The translations under genes were made by a program, and so were the position numbers. Of a stretch of 26,995 nt of DNA, positions 1 to 11,365 are shown one piece after another. The notes under the pieces are model-generated. The model saw nothing but the letters and a program-made list of their open reading frames with translations. It did not search any database and had not been told where the DNA came from. How positions within the stretch are numbered: the stretch's first letter is position 1; each line of letters opens with the position of its first letter. The stretch lies in the IMG/VR virus record IMGVR_UViG_2724679542_000005. The stretch is one strand, 5' to 3'. Origin of the DNA: a virus (lineage: Duplodnaviria; Heunggongvirae; Uroviricota; Caudoviricetes).

Positions 1-185
1 TTCATGGCCATATCAATGATTTTCTGGTGCGTACCGGGCTGAGAGGCGGTGTAAGTGAACTGTAGTTGCCATGTTTTACGGCAATGAGAGCAGAGATAGC
101 GCTGATGTCCGGCAGTGCTTTTGCCGTTACGCACCACGCCTTCAGTAGCGGAGCAGGAAGGACATCTGATGGAAATGGAAGCCAC
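1..185 (-). CDS. insA: IS1 InsA, 5' part only (GTG start at 185, gene runs off the window)
   Basis: Mirror image of the right-hand insA (26500-26775); same 55-nt offset from the IS1 end; GTG start inferred by symmetry. Confidence 0.8.
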   Translation of the reverse strand, partial: MASISIRCPSCSATEGVVRNGKSTAGHQRYLCSHCRKTWQLQFTYTASQPGTHQKIIDMAM

Positions 186-240
186 GCAAGCACCTTAAAA
201 TCACCATCATACACTAAATCAGTAAGTTGGCAGCATTACC
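1..240 (-). mobile_element. IS1 insertion sequence, partial (cut by window start); terminal inverted repeat ends at 240
   Basis: Reverse complement of 218-240 is the IS1 terminal repeat (ggtaatgctgccaacttactgat); region 1-240 is the reverse complement of 26445-26684, judged from identical ORF-track translations. Confidence 0.9.
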
Positions 241-260
241 CTTTATGCCATGTCCTTATT

Positions 261-289
261 GACCCCGTATATTACGGGGTCGTTTTTGT
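261..289 (+). terminator. Hairpin gaccccgta/tacggggtc followed by GTTTTTGTG; candidate intrinsic terminator just outside IS1
   Basis: Perfect 9-bp inverted repeat with a 3-nt loop and a T-run, seen directly. Confidence 0.4.
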
Positions 290-606
290 GCGGAATTAAA
301 AACGATATCCTGCTGAGAACATAAACACCCACGGATCGAGGCGTACGCTATCATGTTGCTGTGCACCGCCCAGCTTATAATTGGCGGTGGTATCGATATC
401 CATGTACCAGACTGACATGTTTTAAAAAATGCAATAAGACATTGTATCTGAAAGAAAAAACAGGATTTTGAGGCGCTTTTTTATACCGTTTTTCCGTGTT
501 TTTAACTGCCTGATTTTATTGAAATCTTTTTTAGTTTTGCAGAAAGGATTTTTTGCTCGATCGCTTTAATTTTATACATTCCTGATAACGGAAATTTTTT
601 TGCCCG

Positions 607-636
607 TTGACAGTTTTTGTTCTCCGGGGCTATATT
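607..636 (+). promoter_or_regulatory. Candidate sigma70 promoter, TTGACA (607-612), 18-nt spacer, TATATT (631-636)
   Basis: Consensus -35 and near-consensus -10 hexamers seen directly; about 240 nt upstream of the rha start. Confidence 0.4.
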
Positions 637-878
637 CCTCACACAACCGCAAAATCGGTTGTCGGGATTGGCGTCTCGGATAACATCACAACGCATAGCC
701 GCGTTTGCGGTTTTTTTTGCGTTAAGCATTGCCACATTCGCATTATGGTGGGGCGTGCAGGGGCGGAGAAATCCGCGCCGGGTTTTGTGATGACCGGTTA
801 CGCCAACCCTGTACGTCTCACCACCTCCCTGATTGGCGTCAGAGGTGGTGATCATCCAATTAATTGGAGTCATCACAT

Positions 879-1436
879 ATGAATACAGCTATAACTTTTT
901 CTAACGAGTCACCAAAAGTCTTTTTCAAAGATGGTCGCCTGGTTACCACCTCTCAAGCTGTTGCCGACTACTTCGATAAACAACATAAACACGTTTTAGC
1001 TAAGATTGACACACTCGACTGCTCTCCCGAATTTACATCAGCCAACTTTTCGGCCGATGTTCAGACTGTCGAAATTGGCAACGGCGCAGAACGTGAATCA
1101 CGATGCTACCTGATCACAAAAGACGGCTTCATGTTCCTCGTAATGGGATTTACTGGCAAAAAAGCAGCCAGACTAAAAGAAGCTTACATTGAAAAATTTA
1201 ACGCAATGGAAGAAGAACTCCACAAACGTCCTCCTGCAGCACAAAACTCCCCCGCCCCAAATAATGGATGCGCATTACTGATCCACTTCGATAAACACGG
1301 TCAGGTCGAGTTCACAGAAAAAGTCCCCGCCGATGCGATGGTATGCACGCTGGAACGGTTTAAATTTTATCTGGAGCAACATGGGTGGATCGTTGCCCGT
1401 AAAGAACAATTGGTGGAAAGGTTGATGCGGTTTTAA
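879..1436 (+). CDS. rha: Phage regulatory protein, Rha family (N-terminal Rha domain, unrecognised C-terminal half)
   Basis: ORF track 864-1436; ATG at 879 with GGAG 9 nt upstream. Rha-family motifs FDKQHKHVLAKIDTL and YLITKDGFMFLVMGFTGKKAARLKEAYIEKFNAMEEEL recognised from memory of that family. Confidence 0.75.
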   Translation: MNTAITFSNESPKVFFKDGRLVTTSQAVADYFDKQHKHVLAKIDTLDCSPEFTSANFSADVQTVEIGNGAERESRCYLITKDGFMFLVMGFTGKKAARLKEAYIEKFNAMEEELHKRPPAAQNSPAPNNGCALLIHFDKHGQVEFTEKVPADAMVCTLERFKFYLEQHGWIVARKEQLVERLMRF

Positions 1437-1445
1437 TGAATGCAA

Positions 1446-1476
1446 AACCCCGGATGATCACCGGGGTTAATTTTAT
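1446..1476. terminator. Bidirectional hairpin terminator (aaccccgg / ccggggtt) between convergent rha and the small minus-strand ORF
   Basis: 8-bp GC-rich stem with 7-nt loop; T-run on the plus strand and TTTTG on the minus strand. Confidence 0.5.
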
Positions 1477-1562
1477 CGAGCGTGATTGCCGCTAATCGCC
1501 ATCGCTCTGATTGAGCGTAAATCATTCAGGTTATTCAGTTCTTCCTTCTGCTCTCGCTGACG

Positions 1563-1733
1563 TCAATAAATCCCATCATTGCGATCAACCTCATCCTTAA
1601 CCATTGATGCGAGCAGTTCTTCCAGTTTCTGCGCTGACAGCTTTACCTGGTGATCTTCAGCATCTTCCCGGGCTATTGTGGTTCGCGCAGTGGCTGATTT
1701 TGCTGACATCACCACAGGGGGCAGACGGACCAT
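1563..1733 (-). CDS. Hypothetical small acidic protein (56 aa, or 48 aa from the ATG at 1709)
   Basis: Part of ORF-track ORF 1563-1844; start chosen at 1733 where GGAGG lies about 10 nt upstream; no recognisable domain. Confidence 0.3.
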   Translation of the reverse strand: MVRLPPVVMSAKSATARTTIAREDAEDHQVKLSAQKLEELLASMVKDEVDRNDGIY

Positions 1734-1797
1734 TGAACCATGGCCTCCGGAACAAATAAGGGCAAAAATAACAACCACTATCGAAAGCTCACAAACT

Positions 1798-2013
1798 AAC
1801 CGCAGCACGTTCCTGCATACGACGTGTCTGCGGCATAATCCCAATGATTACTCCCTGACAGGATTTGCAGGCCACTCAATATCAGGTGCAGTTGATGTAT
1901 CAACACGATTCAACAATACCCGATATTTATTCCATGCCTCCAGCAACGATCTTTCTTCCTCCGTTGCGATTTCCAGATCTACAGCATCCTGCAGTGGCGC
2001 AATATACTCACTG
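1798..2013. repeat. Direct repeat copy A (~216 bp): tfa 3' end plus downstream hairpin
   Basis: About 90% identical by eye to 2848-3062, including the ccgcagcacgt...acgtg(t)ctgcgg hairpin and the tfa C-terminal coding sequence. Confidence 0.85.
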
Positions 2014-2117
2014 AATTCCTGGATGTAGAACTGTGTGGTGACGGTCTTCCAGCCATTCGGCTCCTGCTGTATCGAAGCATACCAGGCTATTTCAATATCG
2101 CTATGCTGCGGCAGCAT
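1848..2117 (-). pseudogene. Tail fibre assembly gene fragment (C-terminal ~55 aa near-identical to Tfa, diverged N-terminal part, no full-length gene)
   Basis: ORF-track 89-aa product ends ...[51 protein letters not shown], almost identical to the Tfa C-terminus at 2897-3481. Confidence 0.7.
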
Positions 2118-2144
2118 TTAACCCCTTGTAATTCATCGCCATAA

Positions 2145-2173
2145 TTGATTTAATTCACAAATAAAACTATAAC
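2145..2173 (+). promoter_or_regulatory. Candidate sigma70 promoter for the methyltransferase gene, TTGATT-N17-TATAAC
   Basis: Hexamers seen directly; the -10 ends only 12 nt before the ATG at 2186, implying a very short leader. Confidence 0.3.
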
Positions 2174-2185
2174 ACGGTGAAATCA

Positions 2186-2842
2186 ATGAAAAAAAACACA
2201 GATGATGGGGCTAAAATTTACACACCACTTACCCTAAAGCTTTATGACTGGTGGGTTTTGGGAGTATCAAATCGGCTTGCATGGGGATGTCCTACAAAGG
2301 AACACCTTCTTCCACACTTTCTGGAACATGTAGGTAACAACCATCTGGATATTGGTGTTGGAACTGGGTTTTACCTTACTCACGTACCTGAGAGTAGTCT
2401 GATATCTTTAATGGATTTGAACGAAGCTAGCCTGAACGCGGCATCTACAAGGGCTGGGGAATCAAAAATTAAACATAAAATTAGCCATGATGTTTTTGAA
2501 CCTTATCCCGCGGCGTTACATGGTCAATTTGATTCCATTTCCATGTTTTACCTTCTTCACTGCCTGCCTGGAAATATATCTACAAAAAGCTGTGTAATAC
2601 GCAATGCGGCGCAGGCCTTAACTGACGATGGAACTCTATACGGAGCCACAATTCTTGGCGATGGAGTTGTGCACAATAGCTTCGGTCAAAAACTGATGCG
2701 CATTTACAATCAGAAAGGCATCTTTTCAAACACAAAAGATTCCGAAGAAGGCTTAACACATATACTCTCAGAGCATTTCGAGAATGTTAAAACCAAGGTT
2801 CAAGGTACTGTAGTAATGTTTTCCGCTTCAGGGAAAAAATAG
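2186..2842 (+). CDS. Putative class I SAM-dependent methyltransferase (low-GC cargo gene; substrate unknown)
   Basis: ORF track 2177-2842 (GTG); ATG at 2186. Glycine-rich SAM-binding motif I LDIGVGTG; no DPPY/NPPY or PC-type DNA methyltransferase motifs. Lower GC than the structural genes by eye. Arrangement recalls tfaD-ybcY-tfaX of the E. coli K-12 DLP12 prophage (from memory). Confidence 0.7.
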   Translation: MKKNTDDGAKIYTPLTLKLYDWWVLGVSNRLAWGCPTKEHLLPHFLEHVGNNHLDIGVGTGFYLTHVPESSLISLMDLNEASLNAASTRAGESKIKHKISHDVFEPYPAALHGQFDSISMFYLLHCLPGNISTKSCVIRNAAQALTDDGTLYGATILGDGVVHNSFGQKLMRIYNQKGIFSNTKDSEEGLTHILSEHFENVKTKVQGTVVMFSASGKK

Positions 2843-2847
2843 CATCC

Positions 2848-3062
2848 AACCGCAGCACGTTCTTGCTTAAGACGTGCTGCGGCATAATCCCAATGATTAC
2901 TCCCTGACAGGGTTCGTAGGCCACTCAATATCAGGTGCAGTTGATGTATCAACACGGTTCAGCAACACCCGATATTTTTTCCAGGCTTCCAGCAATGAGG
3001 TTTCTTCCTCCGTTGCGATTTCCAGATCTACAGCATCCTGAAGTGGCGCAATATGCTCACTG
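2848..3062. repeat. Direct repeat copy B (~215 bp): 3' end of intact tfa plus downstream hairpin
   Basis: See copy A. Confidence 0.85.
2850..2882. terminator. Long hairpin (ccgcagcacgt ... acgtgctgcgg) between the methyltransferase stop and the tfa stop; possible bidirectional terminator
   Basis: 11-bp perfect inverted repeat seen directly; the T-run on the minus strand is about 10 nt away, so termination efficiency is uncertain. Confidence 0.4.
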
Positions 3063-3481
3063 GCTACCTGCATCAGGCTGTTTTTTGTTTCTTCCGCCTC
3101 CCGGATCCGGAACAGTTTTTCTGCTTCTGCATCTTTCACCCAGGCTGTGCCGTTCCACTTCTGAAACTCCCCTTCCGGCGATAACCAGGTAACATTTTCC
3201 GGTAACGGACCGAGTTCAGAAATAAATAACGCGTCCCCTGACGCTACGTCATAAACCGTTTTACCCCGATGGTCTTCAACGAGATGCCACGATGCCTCAT
3301 CACTGTTGAAAACAGCCACGAAGCCTGCCGGAATATCTGGCGGTGCAATATCGGTACTGTTTGCTGGCAGACCTGTATGAGGCGGAATATATGCATCACC
3401 TTCACCAATAAATTCATTAGTTCCGGCCAGCAGATTATAAATTTTTATGGTCCGTGGTTGTTCACTCATTCTGAATGCCAT
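2897..3481 (-). CDS. tfa: Tail fibre assembly protein Tfa
   Basis: 194-aa ORF-track product matches lambda Tfa from memory; start ATG overlaps the stf stop (TAATG). Confidence 0.9.
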   Translation of the reverse strand: MAFRMSEQPRTIKIYNLLAGTNEFIGEGDAYIPPHTGLPANSTDIAPPDIPAGFVAVFNSDEASWHLVEDHRGKTVYDVASGDALFISELGPLPENVTWLSPEGEFQKWNGTAWVKDAEAEKLFRIREAEETKNSLMQVASEHIAPLQDAVDLEIATEEETSLLEAWKKYRVLLNRVDTSTAPDIEWPTNPVRE

Positions 3482-6400
3482 TATGCAAGCCTCACAATAT
3501 AGTTAAATGCGATGTTTTTGACGGTGTTTTCCGCGTTACCAGCAGCGTTAACGGTGATGGTATGTCCATGTGAACCAATCGCAACGGAGTGCGTATGAGC
3601 ACCAATACCGACAGTATGTGCGTGTGCACCTGCGCTTGCAGCAGTACCCGATACAGAGTGCGTATGAGCGCCTGCAGAAGAAGTGTTAACACTGTATTTA
3701 GAATAATCAGGTGATCCACTTCCCGGAGCACCACTGGAACCACCTGAAACAAATGTCATCGAATGGGTATGTGCACCGGCTGAAGCAGCCGTACCGCTAA
3801 CACTATGGGTATGCGCACCAGTGTTATTCGTGGATTTAGTGCCGTAATCAAACGACGATGTGGTTTTCGTCCCCAAATCCGTACTGGATACGCTGGCGCT
3901 GTGGGTGTGTGATTTAATGCCGTCCTGTTCCTGAGACAATACGGCTCGATCACTGGCGGGCTTGCCCTTAATCGTCCAGCCACGCATATCAGGGATCACG
4001 CCTGACGGATAAGCGGCTGCAAGTTTCGGGTAAGCAGATTTGTCAAAAGTCTGCCCCTGCATCAGGGCATAACCAGACGGAACGGTATCTGATGGCCACG
4101 GGATTGGTGCACCGACTGGATAAAACTCTGCAGGAGGATGAGCCGAGGTGTAAAGCTGCGCCCACGGCGACCAGTTTGCGTCGGTCGTATCCCGTCGTGA
4201 ACGAATAAATGCCGGAGCATGAGCACCGCTTGTACCACTCCAGCCGATGAGTAACTCACCTTCGCCAACGGCTGTCATCCCTTTCAGGTGAATGATATTT
4301 CCATACGCTGTTGGATATCCGTTGTTATACACCTCGTATAACTCAAGACCTGTTGCCCCCTGCGTATTGTCTGTCAGCGCGGTTACCCGACCTTTTGAAG
4401 ACAGATTAACTGATGATACTGCTGTTCCACCTGACGGTAACGCCCCGATCTCTGATGCCGTTGGCTTATTTCTGGAGTTATAGTCCCTTCGCCAGCCAGG
4501 TGAATAATCTGTTCCGTGATTAATATAGGTAAACTGGGCGTTAGTTGTTCCACCACCAGTGGAGGTGGTCGGTGTGGTAATGCGGATCGTCATCGCTGAC
4601 TTTATCCCCATTACTTCAATGACAGCTCCGGCGAGATGAATATTACCGCAGCCAGTATCAGTAATGATTTTATTATTGCCATAAGACCAGGAACCCTTGC
4701 ACATCCAGTATGGATGGTTAAATGCTCCCTGAGAATCCAGCCACTCGATAAACTGTGCAGTCGTCCAGTTTCCTGTTGTTGTGCTTACTGACCCACCGAA
4801 GGCACGGCAGGCACCAATATTTTTCGTAAAGGTGTCTTTGCCAGGGATATCCGCACCGTTCTGATCTTTCTGCAGACGTTTCTCAGCATTGTCATTGGCT
4901 GCTTTTACTGCCTTTGGCGTTGCCGCCAGCGTTTCAGACGTGCTGTTGGTCGCGCTGCTTAGCTGGATTATCCCTTTCTGTGCTGTCGTTGCATCCTGTG
5001 CGGTGTATTTCCCGTTAGCCAGGTCATACGCGGCCTTAACGGCTTTTGGCGTTGCCGCCAGTGACTCGGAAGTGCTGTTGGTCGCACTGCTGAGCTGTAC
5101 TATCCCCTTTTTCGTCGTGCTCGCATCCTCAAGCGCCACGGCGGATGCAATATCCTCTGCCCGTTTTGCCGCTGTCTCGGCGCGCGTTGCTGCAGATTCC
5201 GCCGTACTTTTGCTCTGAGCTGCCGCCGTCGCACTGCCAGCTGCCTCTGTCGCCTTCGTGGATGCCGTCGTGGCGCTACCCTTCGCTGCTGACGCCTGTC
5301 TGGTCGCCTCATCTTTTGAAGCAGACGCCGATGAGGCCGATGACGACGCCGAACTGGCTGACGATGCGGCAGCCGTTTTTGAGGATTCTGCGCTGGTTTC
5401 CGACGCTTTCGCGTTCGTTTCGGATGTCTTCGCTGCGGAAGCAGACCTCGCTGCTGCGCTGGCCTGTTCAGTGGCTTCGCCAGCCTTCGTTGTGGCTGTT
5501 GAAGCAGACGATGCGGCGCTTTCTGCCGATTTTCCGGCGGCGGTGGCACTGGCTGAGGCCTGCCCGGCACTTGTTGACGCTGCACTGGCAGACGACGCAG
5601 CCGCTGTTTTTGAGCCTGCCGCAGCCGAGGCGCTCTGTCCCGCTGCCGTTTCAGAAGACCTGGCGTTCGTCTCTGACGTTTTTGCCGCCTTCGCGGAATT
5701 TCCTGCCGCTGTTGCCGAGGAAGCTGCGCTACTGGCGCTCGAGGATGCGTTCGTTTCTGATGATTTTGCCGCCTCTTTTGAAGCCGCCGCATCCCGGGCT
5801 GAGGTGGCAGCTTCTGACGCTTTCGTAGTCGCGGTGGATGCAGAAGTGGCTGCTGATTGTTGTGACGCTGCAGCATTCGTTTCTGACGTTTTCGCGGCAC
5901 TGGCACTGGTAGCTGCCGCGCTTTTTGAGGACTCTGCAGCGGCAGCACTTTTTGATGCTTCAGTGGCCTTTGTTGATGCCGTTCCTGCGCTGGAAGTCGC
6001 TGACTGAGCCGACGACGCGGCCTGTCCGGCTGACGTGCTGGCTGCGCGTGCTGAGCCTGCAGCATCAGTCGCATGGGTTGCCGCCTCACGGGCTGATGTG
6101 CTGGCATCACTGGCTGACTTCTTCGCGGCTGCCGTGTTCTGTGCCACCACGGACGCGTTACGCGCCACCTCTTCCACCATCAGCTCAAAACGGCGCAGTG
6201 CCTCCGGACGGGCATCATCCTCCGTCATGGCACCGAGAAAATCATTCAGCGTACCGGGTCGGGAATCTTCATACACGGTGATGGTCCCGGCATGTGACGG
6301 CGGGAATCCTTCCACCAACAGAATAACGCTGTACTGACCGTACTCAACGTCCATGCTGTAACGCCCGGCTTCATCCGGATTTTCAGATGCCAGCGTGTTC

Positions 6401-6504
6401 ACCACCACCGTGGTACTGTTACGTTTTGCTTTCAGCTGGATTGTGCAGTTCTGTACCGGTTTTCCTGTGCCGTCTTTCAGTACACCTGAAATTTTTACTG
6501 CCAT
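3481..6504 (-). CDS. stf: Side tail fibre protein Stf (1007 aa, mosaic; intact reading frame)
   Basis: ORF track 3481-6510; ATG at 6504 gives [26 protein letters not shown]..., the lambda Stf N-terminus; C-terminus ...[31 protein letters not shown] with GAHTHS-type His repeats. Confidence 0.9.
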   Translation of the reverse strand: MAVKISGVLKDGTGKPVQNCTIQLKAKRNSTTVVVNTLASENPDEAGRYSMDVEYGQYSVILLVEGFPPSHAGTITVYEDSRPGTLNDFLGAMTEDDARPEALRRFELMVEEVARNASVVAQNTAAAKKSASDASTSAREAATHATDAAGSARAASTSAGQAASSAQSATSSAGTASTKATEASKSAAAAESSKSAAATSASAAKTSETNAAASQQSAATSASTATTKASEAATSARDAAASKEAAKSSETNASSSASSAASSATAAGNSAKAAKTSETNARSSETAAGQSASAAAGSKTAAASSASAASTSAGQASASATAAGKSAESAASSASTATTKAGEATEQASAAARSASAAKTSETNAKASETSAESSKTAAASSASSASSSASSASASKDEATRQASAAKGSATTASTKATEAAGSATAAAQSKSTAESAATRAETAAKRAEDIASAVALEDASTTKKGIVQLSSATNSTSESLAATPKAVKAAYDLANGKYTAQDATTAQKGIIQLSSATNSTSETLAATPKAVKAANDNAEKRLQKDQNGADIPGKDTFTKNIGACRAFGGSVSTTTGNWTTAQFIEWLDSQGAFNHPYWMCKGSWSYGNNKIITDTGCGNIHLAGAVIEVMGIKSAMTIRITTPTTSTGGGTTNAQFTYINHGTDYSPGWRRDYNSRNKPTASEIGALPSGGTAVSSVNLSSKGRVTALTDNTQGATGLELYEVYNNGYPTAYGNIIHLKGMTAVGEGELLIGWSGTSGAHAPAFIRSRRDTTDANWSPWAQLYTSAHPPAEFYPVGAPIPWPSDTVPSGYALMQGQTFDKSAYPKLAAAYPSGVIPDMRGWTIKGKPASDRAVLSQEQDGIKSHTHSASVSSTDLGTKTTSSFDYGTKSTNNTGAHTHSVSGTAASAGAHTHSMTFVSGGSSGAPGSGSPDYSKYSVNTSSAGAHTHSVSGTAASAGAHAHTVGIGAHTHSVAIGSHGHTITVNAAGNAENTVKNIAFNYIVRLA

Positions 6505-6514
6505 ATTCACCCCA

Positions 6515-6541
6515 CAAAAAAGCCCGCCTGAACCGGCGGGC
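6515..6541 (-). terminator. Intrinsic terminator after lom (gcccgcc stem followed by T6 on the minus strand)
   Basis: 7-bp GC stem and T-run seen directly, 28 nt past the lom stop. Confidence 0.6.
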
Positions 6542-6568
6542 TGTCATAACACTGTGTTACCTGGCTAA

Positions 6569-7168
6569 TCAGAATTTATAACCAACACCCACGATGAACC
6601 CGTCAGTGCGCCAGTCACCACTGCCGGAGCCTTCATAAGCGACATCAATGGCCACGGATTCGGTCGGGTTAAACTGCACGCCAGCTCCCCACGCCAGAGA
6701 CGTGTTGCTGTGGCGACCGTCATCACTTCCGGTCAGCACATCGTGCTTTTTCCCCTTGTTGTCAGTTACGCGGAGATAATCCCCGGAGAAAGTCGACACA
6801 CGGCTGTAAGCCACACCCGCCATCGCATACGCGCTGAACCATTCATTCACGCGCACAGACGGCCCCGCCATTACGCTGAACCAGCGGTTACGAACGGAAT
6901 CTTCATGCCAGCGGGTATCGCTGTAACGGGTAATCTGGCGATTCTTGTCTCCTGCATAGCTGAACGACGTCACCATCCCCAGTGTGTCCGTAAACTCATA
7001 ACGGTATTTCACGTTAATCCCGTTCAGATCATCACTGCCGGGAACGTTCGTCCGGGCATGAAGATACCCCGCGCTCAGCGTGGACTGATGTTCAGACGCC
7101 CATGCAGGCGCACCGGATACGGCCAGACAAATGGCTGCGGACAAAATGGCGGCATAAAGTTTACGCAT
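6569..7168 (-). CDS. lom: Outer membrane protein Lom (Ail/OmpX/PagC family moron)
   Basis: 199-aa ORF with signal-peptide-like N-terminus and C-terminal ...GVGYKF; matches lambda Lom from memory; GAGAGG ribosome-binding site upstream. Confidence 0.9.
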   Translation of the reverse strand: MRKLYAAILSAAICLAVSGAPAWASEHQSTLSAGYLHARTNVPGSDDLNGINVKYRYEFTDTLGMVTSFSYAGDKNRQITRYSDTRWHEDSVRNRWFSVMAGPSVRVNEWFSAYAMAGVAYSRVSTFSGDYLRVTDNKGKKHDVLTGSDDGRHSNTSLAWGAGVQFNPTESVAIDVAYEGSGSGDWRTDGFIVGVGYKF

Positions 7169-7190
7169 AATTACCTCTCGCTTTTCTGCA

Positions 7191-7216
7191 ATAAAAAAGG
7201 CGTCATTTCTGACGCC
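7191..7216 (-). terminator. Intrinsic terminator between J and lom (ggcgtca stem, T6 on the minus strand)
   Basis: Hairpin and T-run seen directly, 19 nt past the J stop. Confidence 0.6.
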
Positions 7217-7234
7217 CGTTCTGGGTTATAAAAT

Positions 7235-10636
<3,402 letters not shown>

Positions 10637-10655
10637 TCATGCTCCATAAACGATA

Positions 10656-10675
10656 AAACCGCCCGGAGGCGGTTT
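10656..10675 (-). promoter_or_regulatory. Stem-loop between I and J (aaaccgcc / ggcggttt), immediately upstream of the J ribosome-binding site
   Basis: 8-bp inverted repeat seen directly; function (attenuation or mRNA stability) is inferred. Confidence 0.3.
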
Positions 10676-10693
10676 CACATAAAACATTTTGCA

Positions 10694-11365
10694 TCAGCGA
10701 CCAATCACCACAACCTGACCACCGTCCCCTTCGTCTGCCGTGCTGATCTCCTGAGAAACCACGCGTGACCCCACGCGCATTTCACCGTACAGAACCGGCA
10801 GAACATTGCCCTGGGCAACCATGTTATCCAGTGAGGAGAAATAGGTGTTCTGTTTGCCGTTATCCGTTGTCTGTGTACGGGGAGTTCTGGCTTTCGGTGC
10901 CAGCATCTGCGCCACACCACCGAGCACCATACTGGCACCGAGAGAAAACAGGATGCCGGTCATACCACCGGCCCCAATGGCTGCCCCCCATGCTGCAAGG
11001 GTGGCTCCGGCGGTAAAGAATGATCCGGCAATGGCGGCAGCCCCCAGGACAATCTGGAATACGCCACCTGACTTGGCCCCGGCGACTCTGGGAACAATAT
11101 GAATCACAGCGCCATCAGGCAGAGTCTCATGTAACTGCGCCGTTAACCCGGACGTGCTGACGTCCCGCCCGGCAATCCGTACCTGATACCAGCCGTCGCT
11201 CAGTTTCTGACGAAACGCCGGGAGCTGTGTGGCCAGTGCCCGGATGGCTTCAGCCCCCGTTTTCACACGAAGGTCGATGCGGCGACCAAATCGTTGTAAA
11301 TCCCCGTAAAGGCAGATGCGCGCCATGCCCGGTGACGCCAGAGGGAGTGTGTGCGTCGCTGCCAT
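10694..11365 (-). CDS. I: Tail tip assembly protein I (223 aa)
   Basis: Position and length as in lambda; overlaps K by 103 nt as in lambda. Confidence 0.9.
   Translation of the reverse strand: MAATHTLPLASPGMARICLYGDLQRFGRRIDLRVKTGAEAIRALATQLPAFRQKLSDGWYQVRIAGRDVSTSGLTAQLHETLPDGAVIHIVPRVAGAKSGGVFQIVLGAAAIAGSFFTAGATLAAWGAAIGAGGMTGILFSLGASMVLGGVAQMLAPKARTPRTQTTDNGKQNTYFSSLDNMVAQGNVLPVLYGEMRVGSRVVSQEISTADEGDGGQVVVIGR

Noticed and set aside
502-876. 124-aa minus-strand ORF and 91-aa plus-strand ORF (607-882) in the rha upstream region
   Set aside because: They overlap each other, the promoter and the leader hairpins, and have no ribosome-binding site; the region looks regulatory.
1563-1844. 93-aa version of the small minus-strand ORF
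   Set aside because: The upstream extension runs through the tfa repeat and its hairpin and starts 4 nt after the tfa-fragment stop; the shorter start is more plausible, though still uncertain.
2186-2842. Restriction-modification system
   Set aside because: The methyltransferase lacks DNA methyltransferase catalytic motifs and no nuclease-like ORF is adjacent.
5100-6110. 336-aa Arg/Gln-rich minus-strand ORF and 249-aa Ala/Asp-rich plus-strand ORF (5258-6007)
   Set aside because: Both are alternative-frame or antisense products of the repetitive Ala/Ser-rich region of stf.
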